A stretch of DNA of 64,000 bases, taken from assembly GCF_036321535.1 (NCBI RefSeq), contig NC_087436.1:48176001-48240000 (forward strand), given 5' to 3'. This DNA comes from Camelus dromedarius. Taxonomy: Eukaryota. Below, piece by piece: positions 39,079 to 51,181 of the stretch. A model generated the notes under the pieces. It saw only the letters and a list, made by a program, of their open reading frames with translations, had not been told where the DNA came from and made no database searches. A program made the position numbers and the translations under genes. Each line of letters opens with the position of its first letter. The first letter of the stretch is position 1.

Positions 39079-41389
39079 AACATCATTTTTTCTTACTAGT
39101 GCAGAGTCTACTGGAAGCCAGGAAAGAATGCAACATCATAACTGATATTAGCAACATTAATAGCATGCTGCCAAGGAAATAGATACAAATATTAGATGTT
39201 TTAAAGATGGACATTACCAAGTAGCAAAAGATTAGCCTGCAGACTAAATATGTATGGCTTCGCAAAGTCACAGTTGTAAGTAAAAACAATGAATGTACAA
39301 CCTGCAAATATGATTATCAGTCATAGAGATGAAACCCAGTATATACTTTGGGAAAGTTAGCAAAACAGTCCCCCGTTGAAACTGTTAAATGTAGCACACC
39401 GAATTCTGAGATGATGTAATTCCTCTTTTTCAAAGATGTGGCTCAGGGTAGCTCTCAGGCTCCATCATTGCCTGCCAACACTGGAATGAATTGCCACCTT
39501 GGGAAGGTGATGGGAGATAGTGCCAAAGGAGCAAAGAGAGAGGGGGGGAGAAGGGTGTACAAAAAGAAAGATGAAGTATCACAGAACAATGTGTTCCTAA
39601 ATAATATAGATGTGCTTATTACAGTTCAGATGCTATGTGGTTTCTGGCACAACCCCTCAAAGCAAGTCAATTAGACATAGGCAAATGTTCTTGGCATTGT
39701 AAAGTGATTGGTCAAAAGTCCAAACAGGAAATTATATCCCAATTGAGATTTTGAAATAAAAAACTCAAGCTCCTCCAAAAGGAAGAAGGCCAACAGTGGA
39801 CTCCAAGAGAAGGTGTTGCTCATCCCAAATTCTACATCTCAATCTAGGTCCCTAGGTGAAAACAAGGGACCTCAACTTAGGAAACACTCCCTGTCAACAG
39901 CAGTCACAGAGTAAATCTAGACCTCCAACTAGATATTTCAACCCTGAACCTGAGGAATGTTTCTTCTCCTCTAAGTGTAGAAAGAGAAAAAGAAAAAGAG
40001 GGAAAAAAATCAGCCAACTAAATCCTGAAATTCCAACAGAATAAGCACTGACACATTTGGCCAGCTATCCATGTCTTTAAAAAGTCCAAAAATTCTTAAT
40101 TTAAGAAATCTGGCTATGTCTATCATGGAAAATATGGAATCACGATACTTCCAAACCTTCCTGGATTTAATCATAAAATACCTCAGACCTCCTATATGAC
40201 TCATCCATCCTAATGATGAGGATGAAAATCAAAGCATGTTTCTTGGTGGATTAGCTTACAGTATTTCAGTGAATGACAACAGGCAGATCCAAAATTATTA
40301 TCAAGGCATTATGTTCTTCCTTGGCATGACAGCCGTTCAACATCATCTGACAGTGAAAGATATTTTGTGATAAAGGAAGCCTTGCCCAAAGAGTGGGTGA
40401 GTTCCTGCCAATGACTGGCAAAGGGCTATTTATACAGTTTACACTTAGTAAAGAATAATTTTTAGAAAGGTATTAAGTGGGAATCATTTAAGCACCTAAA
40501 GAATCCAGCTTCACATGCAGCAAGTTAGTGGCATAAAACACTCCATCTTAGAGGAATGTGGCAGTGCTGCCTTCATAGGTAAGTGAAATCACTGCTTCAT
40601 GGCTGTGGGTACCTCAGCAGCTAACTCTTCCATAACAGAATTCATGGAAAATTTGTCTTATAAGGATACATTTAAATACTAATTCAATATATGTTAAATA
40701 CTGTTAAAATTAAATTTTAGACTTTTTTCTGTGAAATATAATTTGTCCATAAAATTTTGTTTAATTGTAATTGTCTATTTGATTCACCTCTTTCCTCATA
40801 GCTAATCAATGCCAGACCTAAACCTTGGATTCGAAAACTTGTTCATTTTACAAGAGTTGTTCACTAATTCTATAAGCAGTTAAGAGCAGTTTCAAACACC
40901 AAATGCCTCTTTTTCTTAGAGGTAAAAAGATATTTATGGAAATATTCATTTTAGCCAAAATCTTAAAGTTAATTCTCCCATAGTTATCACTAAAAAAAAA
41001 TATTTTATTTTTAGAAGAAAAAATATATTAAAACTAATGTCAAAAGTGAGATTTAAATAAAAATTTACCAAATAATACAACCTCTCTGATGAAATACCAG
41101 GGTTCTTTGATAAGGAACTAATTAAACAGATTGTACTCCCTCACCTGGCTGCATGTCACCATAAATATTACTGTGTTGCAGCATCACGGAGCACACCTAA
41201 CTGGAGGTACTGAGGATAACACTCCACGGGGTTAACCCCAACAATTGTTTACCATGGATATTCCCCTTTCAAATTTGGATTTTACAGTATGAAATGCTCA
41301 GCTTTTATGAGTTTTCTTAGCATAAGAATGAAAACAAGAAATATTAAGATAAAATTAGAAATTATCAGGTTATGAGTCTAAACATTTTA

Positions 41390-41636
41390 CAGTTACTGCG
41401 CTTTTGGCCACAAGTAACAGAAACCCAAAGCAATTTTAAACACCAAGAAAGTTAACTGTCTCGCCTAACAGAAACTCAGAGAAAGTTCAGGTTTCAGGGC
41501 AAGTTACTTAAGCATTTCAACAACGTCATCCAAACCCCAGGTTCTTGCAGTCTCTCCTTTCTTCCCTCCTTACTTTGAGCTCATTCACAATCTATTAGAT
41601 GGCTGAAGCAGGACCAAATACTTAAAACAGATTATG
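41390..41636 (-). mobile_element. MLT1(J/K-like) MaLR LTR, left half (split by the retrocopy)
   Basis: caagtaacagaaacccaa...caacgtcatccaaaccccaggttctt...gatggctg. Confidence 0.65.
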
Positions 41637-41651
41637 AAAAGAACTATACCG

Positions 41652-43198
41652 GCCTCCGCCACCGAGCGCAGGAGCTCGGACCCGAGGCCGCCGCCGCCGG
41701 GCCCCCGCCCCGTTCCGCGCCGCCCGCCCCTGCCGCGCCCCGCGCTCTGGCGGCTGCCGCGCCCGCGAAGGCCAAGCTCACGCACCGGGGGAAGGCGATC
41801 CAGGCAGGCGGCCTGGCGGGCTGCATCGAAATGTGCATCACCTTCCCCGAGTACGTGAAGACGCAGCTGCAGCTGGACTAGCGCTCGCACCCGCCACGCT
41901 ACCGGGGCATCGGGGACTGCGTACTGCAGACTGTCCGCAACCATAGCGTCCTGGGTCTGTACCGCGGCCTCAGCAGCCACATGCGAGACGCCCAGGGACG
42001 GCTGGACAGCACGCGCGGACTGCTGTGCGGTCTGGGCGCCGGCGTGGCCGAGGCCGTGGTGGTCGTGTGCCCCATGGAGACCATAAAGGTGAAGTCCATC
42101 CATGACCAGACCTCCGCCAGCCCCAAATACAGAGGCTTCTTTCACGGGGTCAGGGAGATCGTGCGGGAGCAAGGGCTGAAGGGCACGTACCAGGGCCTCA
42201 AGGCCACCGTGCTGAAGCAAGGGTCCAACCAGGCCATCCGCTTCTTCGTCTTGACTTCCCTGCGCAGCTGGTACCGAAGGAGCAATCCAACAAGCCCATG
42301 AATCCGCTGATCACCGGTGTGTTTGGAGCAATCGCGGGCGCAGCCTGTGTCTTCGGGAACACGCCTCTGGACGTGATCAAGACCCGAATGCAGGGCCTGG
42401 AGGCACACAAGTACCGAAACACATGGGACTGCGGCCTGCAGATCCTGAGGAACGAGGGGCTTAAGGCATTTCTACAAGAGCACTGTCCCCCGCCTGGGCC
42501 GAGTCTGCCTGTATGTGGCCATCATGTTCGTCATTTATGAGGAGGTGGTGAAGCTGCTCAACAAGGTGTGGAAGACAGACTGAGCCCCGGAGTCCAGGGG
42601 CTGCCCCAGCCCCTCCAGACTGGCTCCCACCACCCCTTCTCACAATTCCAGTGCTGTTGTGCCAAAAGGCCCCTCCCCCATCCCTCACTCCACGGCCTGG
42701 GTTTGACTCTGTGGCCGTGAGTTCACGTATCCCACAGTGCCATGAGTCCCCTGTGGTATGTATGACACTACATTGTGTCCATGTGTCCAGCTGAGGAGGG
42801 GTGTCCCTCTGGCCTGTGAATCTGTGCCCACTTGTCCACGTGCTTACTCATGTGTGCCTGTGTTTCATGTTTTGAGTCCTGTGACACTGTGCCCGCTTCC
42901 CGGAGTGCCCGTGGGGCCTGGTCCACGGCCCTGTAGCCATGGCCGGGTCCCAGCCCGGTGCCTTCCACCCTTGGCAGCGGGGGCACCCGCCCCGGCCCAC
43001 CACAGCTGCCTCCGGGCCTCAGGCTCGCCTCACTGCATTCCAGGGGCCGCGTGCCCCTCGCTTCTCCCACCACTGGCCTTAACTGGCCCTCGGGCCCTTC
43101 CTCCACCGCGGACAGGGTGGCACCAGCCACTCTCAGGACCACCCTTCCAAGGCAGAATAAACTGGATCCTGTTGAAAAATAAAATAAAATAAAAAATA
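41652..43198 (+). pseudogene. SLC25A1: Processed pseudogene of mitochondrial tricarboxylate (citrate) carrier SLC25A1, with 5' UTR, CDS remnant ~41730-42583, 3' UTR and poly(A)
   Basis: Translates to [15 protein letters not shown]...[23 protein letters not shown]...[38 protein letters not shown]...[16 protein letters not shown]...[12 protein letters not shown] (stop 42581-42583); intronless; TAG at 41879-41881; frameshifts near 42287 and 42470; AATAAA 43156-43161; A-rich tail from 43175; TSD AAAAGAACTATACCG (41637-41651)/AAAACAACTATACCG (43199-43213). Confidence 0.97.
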
Positions 43199-43213
43199 AA
43201 AACAACTATACCG

Positions 43214-43440
43214 TCCTCTAATATGGAGATCTTTAGGATTGAGGTCATTTTCCAGAAAATGCACCGACTGTTTTCACTTCACAGTTCATTGGCTAGGATG
43301 GGGTCACATTTCCATTTCTGGACCAATCACTAGCAAGGATAATCAGCTTACCTTTAGAGGAACTGGTTACCCTACTGTAACTGGGATGGGGTCATCTTCT
43401 CTTGGGGGCACATGGCTGCATATGGGAGTGCTGTATACCT
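43214..43440 (-). mobile_element. MLT1(J/K-like) MaLR LTR, right half
   Basis: ttttccagaa...tcattggctaggatggggtcacatttccatttctggaccaatcactagcaagg continues the LTR broken at the TSD. Confidence 0.65.
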
Positions 43441-44199
43441 GAGCAAATACAGGTTTTTCTTCTTATTTAGTTCTTTATTTATATGTCTACTTATTGAGAA
43501 ATTATATAAACTGCTATTATGATTTGCTAATATTTCAAGGCACAATACATGCAATTGCATCAAGGCTTATACCTCATGAGAGTATATATAAATCTATATT
43601 TCAAATAGTCTTTTTTCAAAATCAGGTTTCATTAGGAAGAAGAGAAAAAGTGAACAGTGGGTAGACAATCAAAAGTGTTGTCTTTACAGTAACTGCATTA
43701 CAATTGTAAAGGCTAAAGTTTGAGGGTAGAGGTGGATTAAGCATTGCTGAAGCGGTGAAGATGAAGTTAAGCTGATGTTTGTTCGTGTAGAATAAAAAAA
43801 CACCTTATAATAGAGATTGAATCTAAGGCAATACAGCTTTCAAGAATAAATATGTATCAGTATTTAAAAGTAAACAATTATGAGAATTCCAGTTCAATTG
43901 CTACAGTTTAAAGATGAGGAAACCAAAGCTTAAGAGAGTTTAAATTGTTCAAGATCATATAGGCAGATATGCTAAAATTCATGGTAGTCTTTCTGAATTC
44001 CTTTCATTTCTGCCCCAGCATTATATTATATTCTTCATTGGATATCATTTCCAGGAATAAAGATAGGTGAGTTATAATTTTTTAAAGAATACAAAAATCT
44101 TTATTCCAAGTTGTACAAAATGCTCTTATGTCAGCTCTAGCAATGGAAATGAAGCACCTCTTTTCTCTTTTGGCATCCTGTAGATTATTGAAGGTTAAG

Positions 44200-44420
44200 T
44201 TATTATTACTAATATTGATACCAACAGTTGATCATCTACTATGTGCCAGGCATATATAGTCATTATTTCTAATCATCCCAACACCCCAAAGGGAACTCTT
44301 ACTATCCCCTTTTGAAGATGAACTGAGGCTCACAGGCTTTAAGTTACTTGATGGAGATCAAATTGGTTCTGGGGTAAGTATTTAAATATAGGTTTGTTTC
44401 ACTTTAAAGCTCTTTTAAGC
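44200..44420 (-). mobile_element. MIR SINE
   Basis: ctactatgtgccaggca...tttctaatcatcccaacacccc...gatgaactgaggctcacag. Confidence 0.7.
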
Positions 44421-44424
44421 TACT

Positions 44425-44718
44425 AACATTCCCCAAAAGGTGTTTTGTTAAATTCTTGTCCTGCTAGATGCTCCATGAAAAGAAGGGTACCAGATCAAAT
44501 AAATTTGGGAAATACTGTACTTTATATCCCTTTCATGGAGATTAAAGATACACAATGTAATATTTTAAAATATGGGAAATCCCACAAAGACAGAAAGTTA
44601 TCCAACTCAATTTAACCAGTATTTCCCATCATTTGAAGATTAAATCCTTCTCTCACCTAATATACATTAATATTCAGAAAGTAATGTTCAGTGGTACCCC
44701 CTTTGGGAAATTCTGCAC
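44425..44718. mobile_element. hAT-Charlie-type non-autonomous DNA transposon
   Basis: Imperfect terminal inverted repeats cattccccaaa...tttgggaaattctg and internal aaataaatttgggaaatactg. Confidence 0.55.
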
Positions 44719-44964
44719 TACATTATCAGACATTCAAAATACATTAATGCATGTTAGCAACCAAATTATATTTGAATGATAGTATTAATATGTAAGTATA
44801 TTAAACATATGTAACCAGTTTAGGAGTCTTTCTATGAAATTATTTTATTTTTTCCAATTACTGCTCTCAAATGTCAAATCTTGCTTTCCCGCTGAGTAGC
44901 AGTCCCTTCACAACATCTTGCTCAAATTACGTTTGCCAGTTACGGTTATTTTTCACATGTAAAA

Positions 44965-46770
44965 CTTAAGATTAAAAAATTATAGAGAAAAATCAGTGGA
45001 ACAAAATACTGGTATGTTGAGATCAATAAAATTGATAAATTTCTAGTCAGACTGATTAGCAAAAAAAAATTACAGAAGCCACAAATTACTACTCTCAGGA
45101 ATGGGAGAGGTAACACAAGATTAAAAAATTTTAACATTTTTGATCATCTAAATAAGTGCAGAAAAAGAATTTGACAAAATCTGACATATATTCCTGATTT
45201 AAAAAGAAAAACACCTCAGCAGACCAGAAATAAGAGGGCATTTTCTTAACCTGATAAAGATCACCTATGAAAATCCTTCAACTAATATCACATGTATGGT
45301 AAAAGTGATGTTTTCCCACTAAGATAAAGAACAAAGAAAGGATGTCATCTCTCATCACATATTCATCATCATATTGGAGTTTTTGACTACTGCAATATTA
45401 AGCAGAAAAAAGAAATATACAGTATCTAGATTGGAAAGTAAAATCTAAAACTGTCATTATTCATAGATGAATTAACTGTCTATGTAGAAAATCTGATGGA
45501 ATATGTAAATAGCTACTAGATATAGGAAGTGAGTTTAGCAAGGATAAAAAGTCAATACACAAAAATCAATTTTACTTTCATATAATAGAAACTATCATAG
45601 AATTTTAAAAATCATCTATAATAACATCATTAATATGAAATATTTAGGGATAGATTTGAAAAAGATGTAAAAGACCTGTAGATTGAAAGCTATAAAATTT
45701 GCTGGGGAATATTAAAGAAAGTCCAAAAATATACGAAATACATTGTGTACATGGATTTGAAGACTCAGTAACGTTAAAATGTCAATTCTTTCTAAATTGA
45801 TATGTAGAGTCAACGCAATCCCAATCAAAATCCCAACAGACTTTTTTGTAGGAAGTTACAAGCTGAAAAGGCAATGCAAAGGATCTAGAAGAGCTAAAAA
45901 CAATTTTGAAAAAGAAGGGTAAACTCAGAATTTAAGCTACAGTAATTATAGAAATGTGATATTGGTTTGAATATAGACAAATAGATCAATGGTCATATAC
46001 ATACATAGACAACTGATATTTGCAAAAGGTCCAAAGAAAGGATAGTGTTCTTTCAACAGATTATATTGGAACTATTGGAAATCTGCATGCAAAAAAAAAG
46101 GAACTTTGGCCCATTCCTCCTGCCATGTACAAAAATTAACTCAAATGGCTTACAGACTTAAGTTAAAAAGCTAAATCTAGAAGAAAACACAGGAAAAAAT
46201 ACTTGTGATCTTGGATTAGGTGAAGATTTTCTTAATTATAATACAAAAAGCATGATCCATAAAAATTGCATTTTATTACAATTTAAAATGTCTATTTTCA
46301 AAAGACACTGTTAAAAGAATAAAAATACAGGCCACAAACTTGGGGAAAATAGTTGTAAATCATATACTTAACAAAAGGCTTATATATAGAATATATAAAG
46401 AATTCCAAAACTCAATAATGAAGAAATGACTAACATTTGAACACTTCACCAAAAATGATATACAAATGGTAAACAAACATAAAAGGATGCTCAAACTCAT
46501 TAGTCATTAAGAAAATAAAAATTAAAATCACAATGAATATAACCATGCACTTTTAGAATGACTATAATTTTTTAAAAAACTAACAATACCAAATGCTGTC
46601 AAGAACATGGAGGAATAGAATTCTCATGCGATACTGGTGAGCATATTTAATGATATAACCATTTTGGAAAACACTATGGCCATTTCTGAGTTAATCATAC
46701 ACCTATTGTATTGTCCTTTGATTTCACTGCTCAGTATTTCTTACGAGAAATGAAAATATATCTATAAAAG
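44965..46770 (+). mobile_element. Old, internally deleted L1 ORF2 remnant
   Basis: gagatcaataaaattgataaa; ctgtcattattcatagatga (RT motif); caacgcaatcccaatcaaaatcccaacag; gatgctcaaactcattagtcatta. Confidence 0.9.
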
Positions 46771-47084
46771 TAAATGCCAGTCTCTGTTCACTACCCAGGC
46801 CCTTAAAACCCTCTCCTTCCCAGAGTGGGAGCAGAGGTACTTAGTAGGACTCCTGGGCTCCCTAAAGTTCTTCCTAGAACTCTCTCACCATGTTCTTTGC
46901 TCACCATGTTCTATGCTCCACAGTGTTCTGAAAGTCTGAAGGCACCCGTTAAGGGAAGAGAACGCAGTTTCCCCTTACTAAAGATACCACCAACCTTCAT
47001 GAGCTATCTTTTTGGGTTCCCCTTCACTTAGTTTCAGTAAGGACGTTAGGGAAGATTTTTGCCCACAAATATTTCACTCTGCAG

Positions 47085-49545
47085 TGGCACAGACAACTAT
47101 CTGATTACCAAATCTGTTTTCAATAGGCACAAAACTAGTCTATATTTATTTTCCAGACTTGCTAGCATTTCTGTGTGACCATGAGACAGAGTTCTATGCA
47201 ATGAACGCAAGTGAAATGTACTACTTTTAGTCAGACCATTAAAATCCCTAAGAAATAATTTTCTCTGTCTCTTCCCTGGCTTCAGGCTGGATATCAATGC
47301 CCAGGAAGAAAGCAGAAATAGCAGAGCCTCTGACAGTTTGAGTCCCTAAATGAACACATAGACCCTCCACCCCTTTCCCCCCAAAAATGGATCCACATTA
47401 CTGTTAAGTAAGCAGAAACAAACTTTTATTCTTTTAAAACTCTGAAATTTTGTTTGTCTGTTATGGTAGTTAACCTATTATAACTAAAAAATGAAAATTG
47501 GTACTAGGGTAGAATACTGCCTTAAACAATGGCATTGTCTAATCAGGCAGCAAGTGGTAAGAAAAATAATATTGGAGCTAGAAAGATGGAGATATTTTAT
47601 GCAGTGGCAAACTACCTGGCAAAACAATCTTCTTGGATGGTAAAACAATGACACCTGAACCAGGCATTCTAGGGCAGGTGGTTTAAAAGAGTGCGAGTCT
47701 CAGCTTTTACCATTAGCAAGGTATTACAGGAAAGAAATGAGATGAGGAAAGATTTGCATAGTCTGTAAACAGAAATGAAAAGGTATAGAAAGAACCCAGA
47801 AATCCAGGCTCTCAAAAATTTGGAAAAGCTAACTCTTTCTAACTTCCAGATAATAAGAAATTGATTAGGCCTTTGAGTAACAGAGGCCCACGAAGACTTA
47901 ATTGAACAAGGAACTCGGCACTGCCTTTGAAATTGAATTAAGGACAGTGCATTTCCACCCCAAACTATTGTTTCATATGGCCTCAAGGTAGTTGCCCTCA
48001 AGCATCAAGCTGAGAGAAGCTTGGATGCGGAGCAGCAAAGGCATAAACCAGGTTTGAGAGATATATTTGGGAAAGAATTTCAGGTATGCTCACTGGCACA
48101 TGGAATCGATTAGAAGCAAGTAGATCAAAATCTTCCTAAGACATGGAGGGCACTGTACTGCCAAAGAAATTATACATGCCTTTGACTTCTTGAGCCTTCA
48201 GCCAATCCATGGGTGCCCAAACTTAATCTGAACAGAAAGTGGACTGCAAACTGAACAACTCCCATGAGTATATGTCCAAAGTGCACTTGAGATGTGGCCA
48301 TGGAGGATAACAGACAAGAAGGGACCTTAAAAGGAGTAGAGCCAGGGGCCTTGCAAAGCAGTTGTCAGGAATGGGTCTTCCAGAGGACAGAATAAGGATC
48401 TAATCAAGAGCTGCTAGAGCAGAGGACCCCTATAATGCCTGCCCTACAGAGTTCATTATTGCTGTGTACCAGACACAGCTGCGATGTCTCCTTCTTCCTC
48501 ACTTGGATGGTTTATTGCTCTTAACTTCGTCCCTGCTTCACTATTTTATATTAGGTATGGAGCGGGTGAGCAGATAACTTGTCTTTTTAGTTCATGGTCA
48601 TTGGACCAGCAGAAGCTATATGTGGATCTTACAGAAAAAGACTGTCTGTCATCTGGGGATCATACATATTGAATCTGTAGAAGCAGGATAAGTAAATTTG
48701 ATGAGTAAGAAGTGTGAAATGCATATTTGGTGACCAAACTATGGAAGAGACTTCTTCTTGATCAAACCTATTTATTTTCCTTTTTCTTCTTCCTACACAG
48801 GTAATCTGTATTTCCTAGTTCCCTTTGCATTTAGGTATAGTCTGAATCAGAGTTCTAGCCAAGGATTCCATTGAGTGGAAGTGATGTATATGACTTCAGT
48901 GCTTGACCCATGTTATCAAATTATATTCTCCTCCAATTCATATGTTGAAGCCCTAACTCCCAGTACCTCAGAATGTGACTATATTTGGAGATACATGATT
49001 AAATTAAAATGAGGCCATTAGGGTGGGCTGAATCAGGCATCCTTATCAGACAAGAAAATTTGAACATATAGAAATTGACACCAGAGGTGTGCCCACGCAA
49101 AGACCATGTGAGGACACAGGGCGGCTATCTGCAAGTGAAAGAGAGAGGCTCGAAAAGAAACCAAACCTGCTGACACCTTAATCTTAGCCTTCCAACGTCC
49201 AGAACTATGAAAAAATAGATTTCTGTTACTTAAGCCATGGTATTTTGTTATGGCAGCCCTACCAAACAAATACAGCCCATAATACGCTCCCATGGATAAT
49301 CCTCCATGTCCTCCCTTTCTCGCTGGCTGCAATGGAGATGACCATCCCTCCAACCCCCAGACAAAGTTGGAAGCCATGTGCCAAAAACGGCAAAGCTACT
49401 AGCTGGAAAGAGTGCTTGAAGGAAAACCATCCAACCAGGAACACCCACGTTGTTCAATTACATGAGCGAAAAATAAAATTTTATTTTATTCTGAAATGTA
49501 GGGGTTTGTTAGTTATAGCAGTATGCCTTACGCTCAACTAGTACA
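47085..49545 (+). mobile_element. Old MLT1 MaLR element retaining 5' LTR (~47085-47490), internal region (~47490-48740) and 3' LTR (~48740-49545)
   Basis: Both LTRs end in gaaa(c/t)aaa(c/a)ttttatt...ctgaaat...tttg...gttat(g/a)g(t/c)agt; internal region begins aaaattggtact like MLT-int. Confidence 0.65.
48911..49274 (+). mobile_element. MLT1B-like solo LTR nested in the older MLT1 3' LTR
   Basis: aattcatatgttgaagccctaactcccagtacctcagaatgtgactatatttggagat...aaaccaaacctgctgacacctt...tggtattttgttatggcagccct...aataca; near-TSD ACCCA/GCCCA. Confidence 0.9.
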
Positions 49546-50564
49546 CCCACAAGGCTGATGATTCCCTTTTCCCTCCTCAGTTCTCTCCTTAAGTCACTGT
49601 TGGCAGCGGGTGGTATGCACTTTTCACCTCTTAACAAGCCCTGTGGGAGTATGGCTGGCTTCTATTACATTACTGGCTTTCAAAGTAGGATATTTAGTGC
49701 CTCTTGTCCATAATTTGAGGCCTTAACCACAACTCTGGGACACAGTGAATTTTCCACTCAATATCCTCTAACATATTTTAAAAATAAATTGCTTCAGGTA
49801 GAAGAACTAGAAAACTGACAAATATATTAATAATAAAAATATACCCAAATCATGTGTCAATCAAGTGAGAGAATTTCCATTATTTAAGAGAAAATGAGGA
49901 AACTGTTATTTTAAAAAACCCTACTCTGATTACTCTGTCATAAAGAACTCCATATAACTGTCTTATCTTTCAAGACTGGAATATGGAGATCCCGGTCCGG
50001 CTATAGGCATATTGTTAAGGACTGTGAGCTCAATAAATAAGAGTTTTTCTATCATCTTCTACCCATGCTTCTTAGAATTAATAGAGAAGTAGGAATAGTA
50101 AGGCTACAGATTACTTTTTATATAAAAAAATCCATTTATGTATGTATTTGTGTAATGAATATCATGCTTGTTGCCTGATCTCTGCCTCTGAAAAAAAAAT
50201 ACCCAATTATTATATCTTTAAACTAATATATCAGATATCTTTGAAGAAATTATAATAAAATTCAGACACCTTGTCTTACATTATAGTTAGAGATTAGGAT
50301 AAATCAAAAATTGTGTGCATACTCATCTGACATCAAAGGAAAACTGGCTCTGTGAGGCAGCAAACATGGGGTGACAGCTGAACATGTGAACATCTCCAAG
50401 AAAACAAAGATTGGGAGTAACCAATGGACAATGACCCAATATCACCAACCAAAGCCATCACTAGACACTTAACATGGGATAATCCACTTTCATTGGTCCT
50501 GGGAATGGGCAGGGAGACATCCTTACATCTGATAGTAGGGTGACATCCTGACATTTCTATAAGG

Positions 50565-50660
50565 AGGGTTACAATATGTCTCAGTTTGCCCTGGATGGTC
50601 CCAGTTTACAGTTATAAAAACTGTGCTTATTTAGGTAATAAATTTTATGAACATTCTATT
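50565..50660. mobile_element. hAT-Blackjack-like (MER81/MER94-type) fragment
   Basis: agggttacaatatgtctcagtttgccctggatggtcccagttta. Confidence 0.5.
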
Positions 50661-50804
50661 CACTGGGTAAGTATACATTTTGAGAGAAGGGACAGAAGAA
50701 AGAGCCTCTTGGAAAATGTTAAGAAAAGTTTTCATTAAAACTACATCCCCCCAGTCCTAGAAGAACTCTGTCCTCTCTTTCATGTGGTTCTTTCTAAGGT
50801 TAGT

Positions 50805-51181
50805 TGTATTCGTCTGCTCATGCCGCCATAACAAAATACCAGACTGGGAAGCATAATCAACAGACATTTATTTCTCACTCTTGTGGAGGCTAGACCTCCT
50901 AGACCAAGGTCCAGCACAGTCAGTTTCTGGTGAGAGCTGTCTGCAAGTCTTCTCCCTGTGTCTTCACGTAGCCTCTTTTCAATGCATGTGCAGTGAAGGA
51001 GAGAGAGAAATCTCTCTCTCTCTTCCTCTTCTTTTAGACCACCAATCCTATTGGATTAGAACCTCACCTTTAAGACCTCATTTGAGCTTAATTACTTTCA
51101 AAAGCCCTGTTCCAGACAGTCACCTCAGGGGTTAGGACTTCAACCTGTGAATTTGAGGGAAACATAATCCAGTCCACAGCA
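50805..51181 (-). mobile_element. MLT1A-like solo LTR
   Basis: gccataacaaaataccagactgg...acagacatttatttctcac...ggaggctag...tttctggtgagagct...gggttaggacttcaac...tgaattt. Confidence 0.88.

Noticed and set aside
40200..40620. Unique segment with GATA, MEF2/TATA-like (40426-40435) and GGGTGAGT motifs as an enhancer or exon
   Set aside because: Short motifs occur by chance in AT-rich DNA; cannot be supported without conservation data
41585..42220. Longest ORF in the window (211 aa, minus strand)
   Set aside because: Antisense shadow of the GC-rich SLC25A1 coding frame; starts at TTG (first ATG at 42103), low-complexity Gly/Arg tail, ends in LTR flank; no independent coding evidence
41981..42540. 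106-aa and 80-aa SLC25A1-like ORFs as functional CDS
   Set aside because: Fragments between frameshifts of a processed pseudogene; cannot form the six-helix carrier
42758..43205. 144-145-aa ORFs on both strands
   Set aside because: Lie in the retrocopied GC-rich 3' UTR; expected by chance
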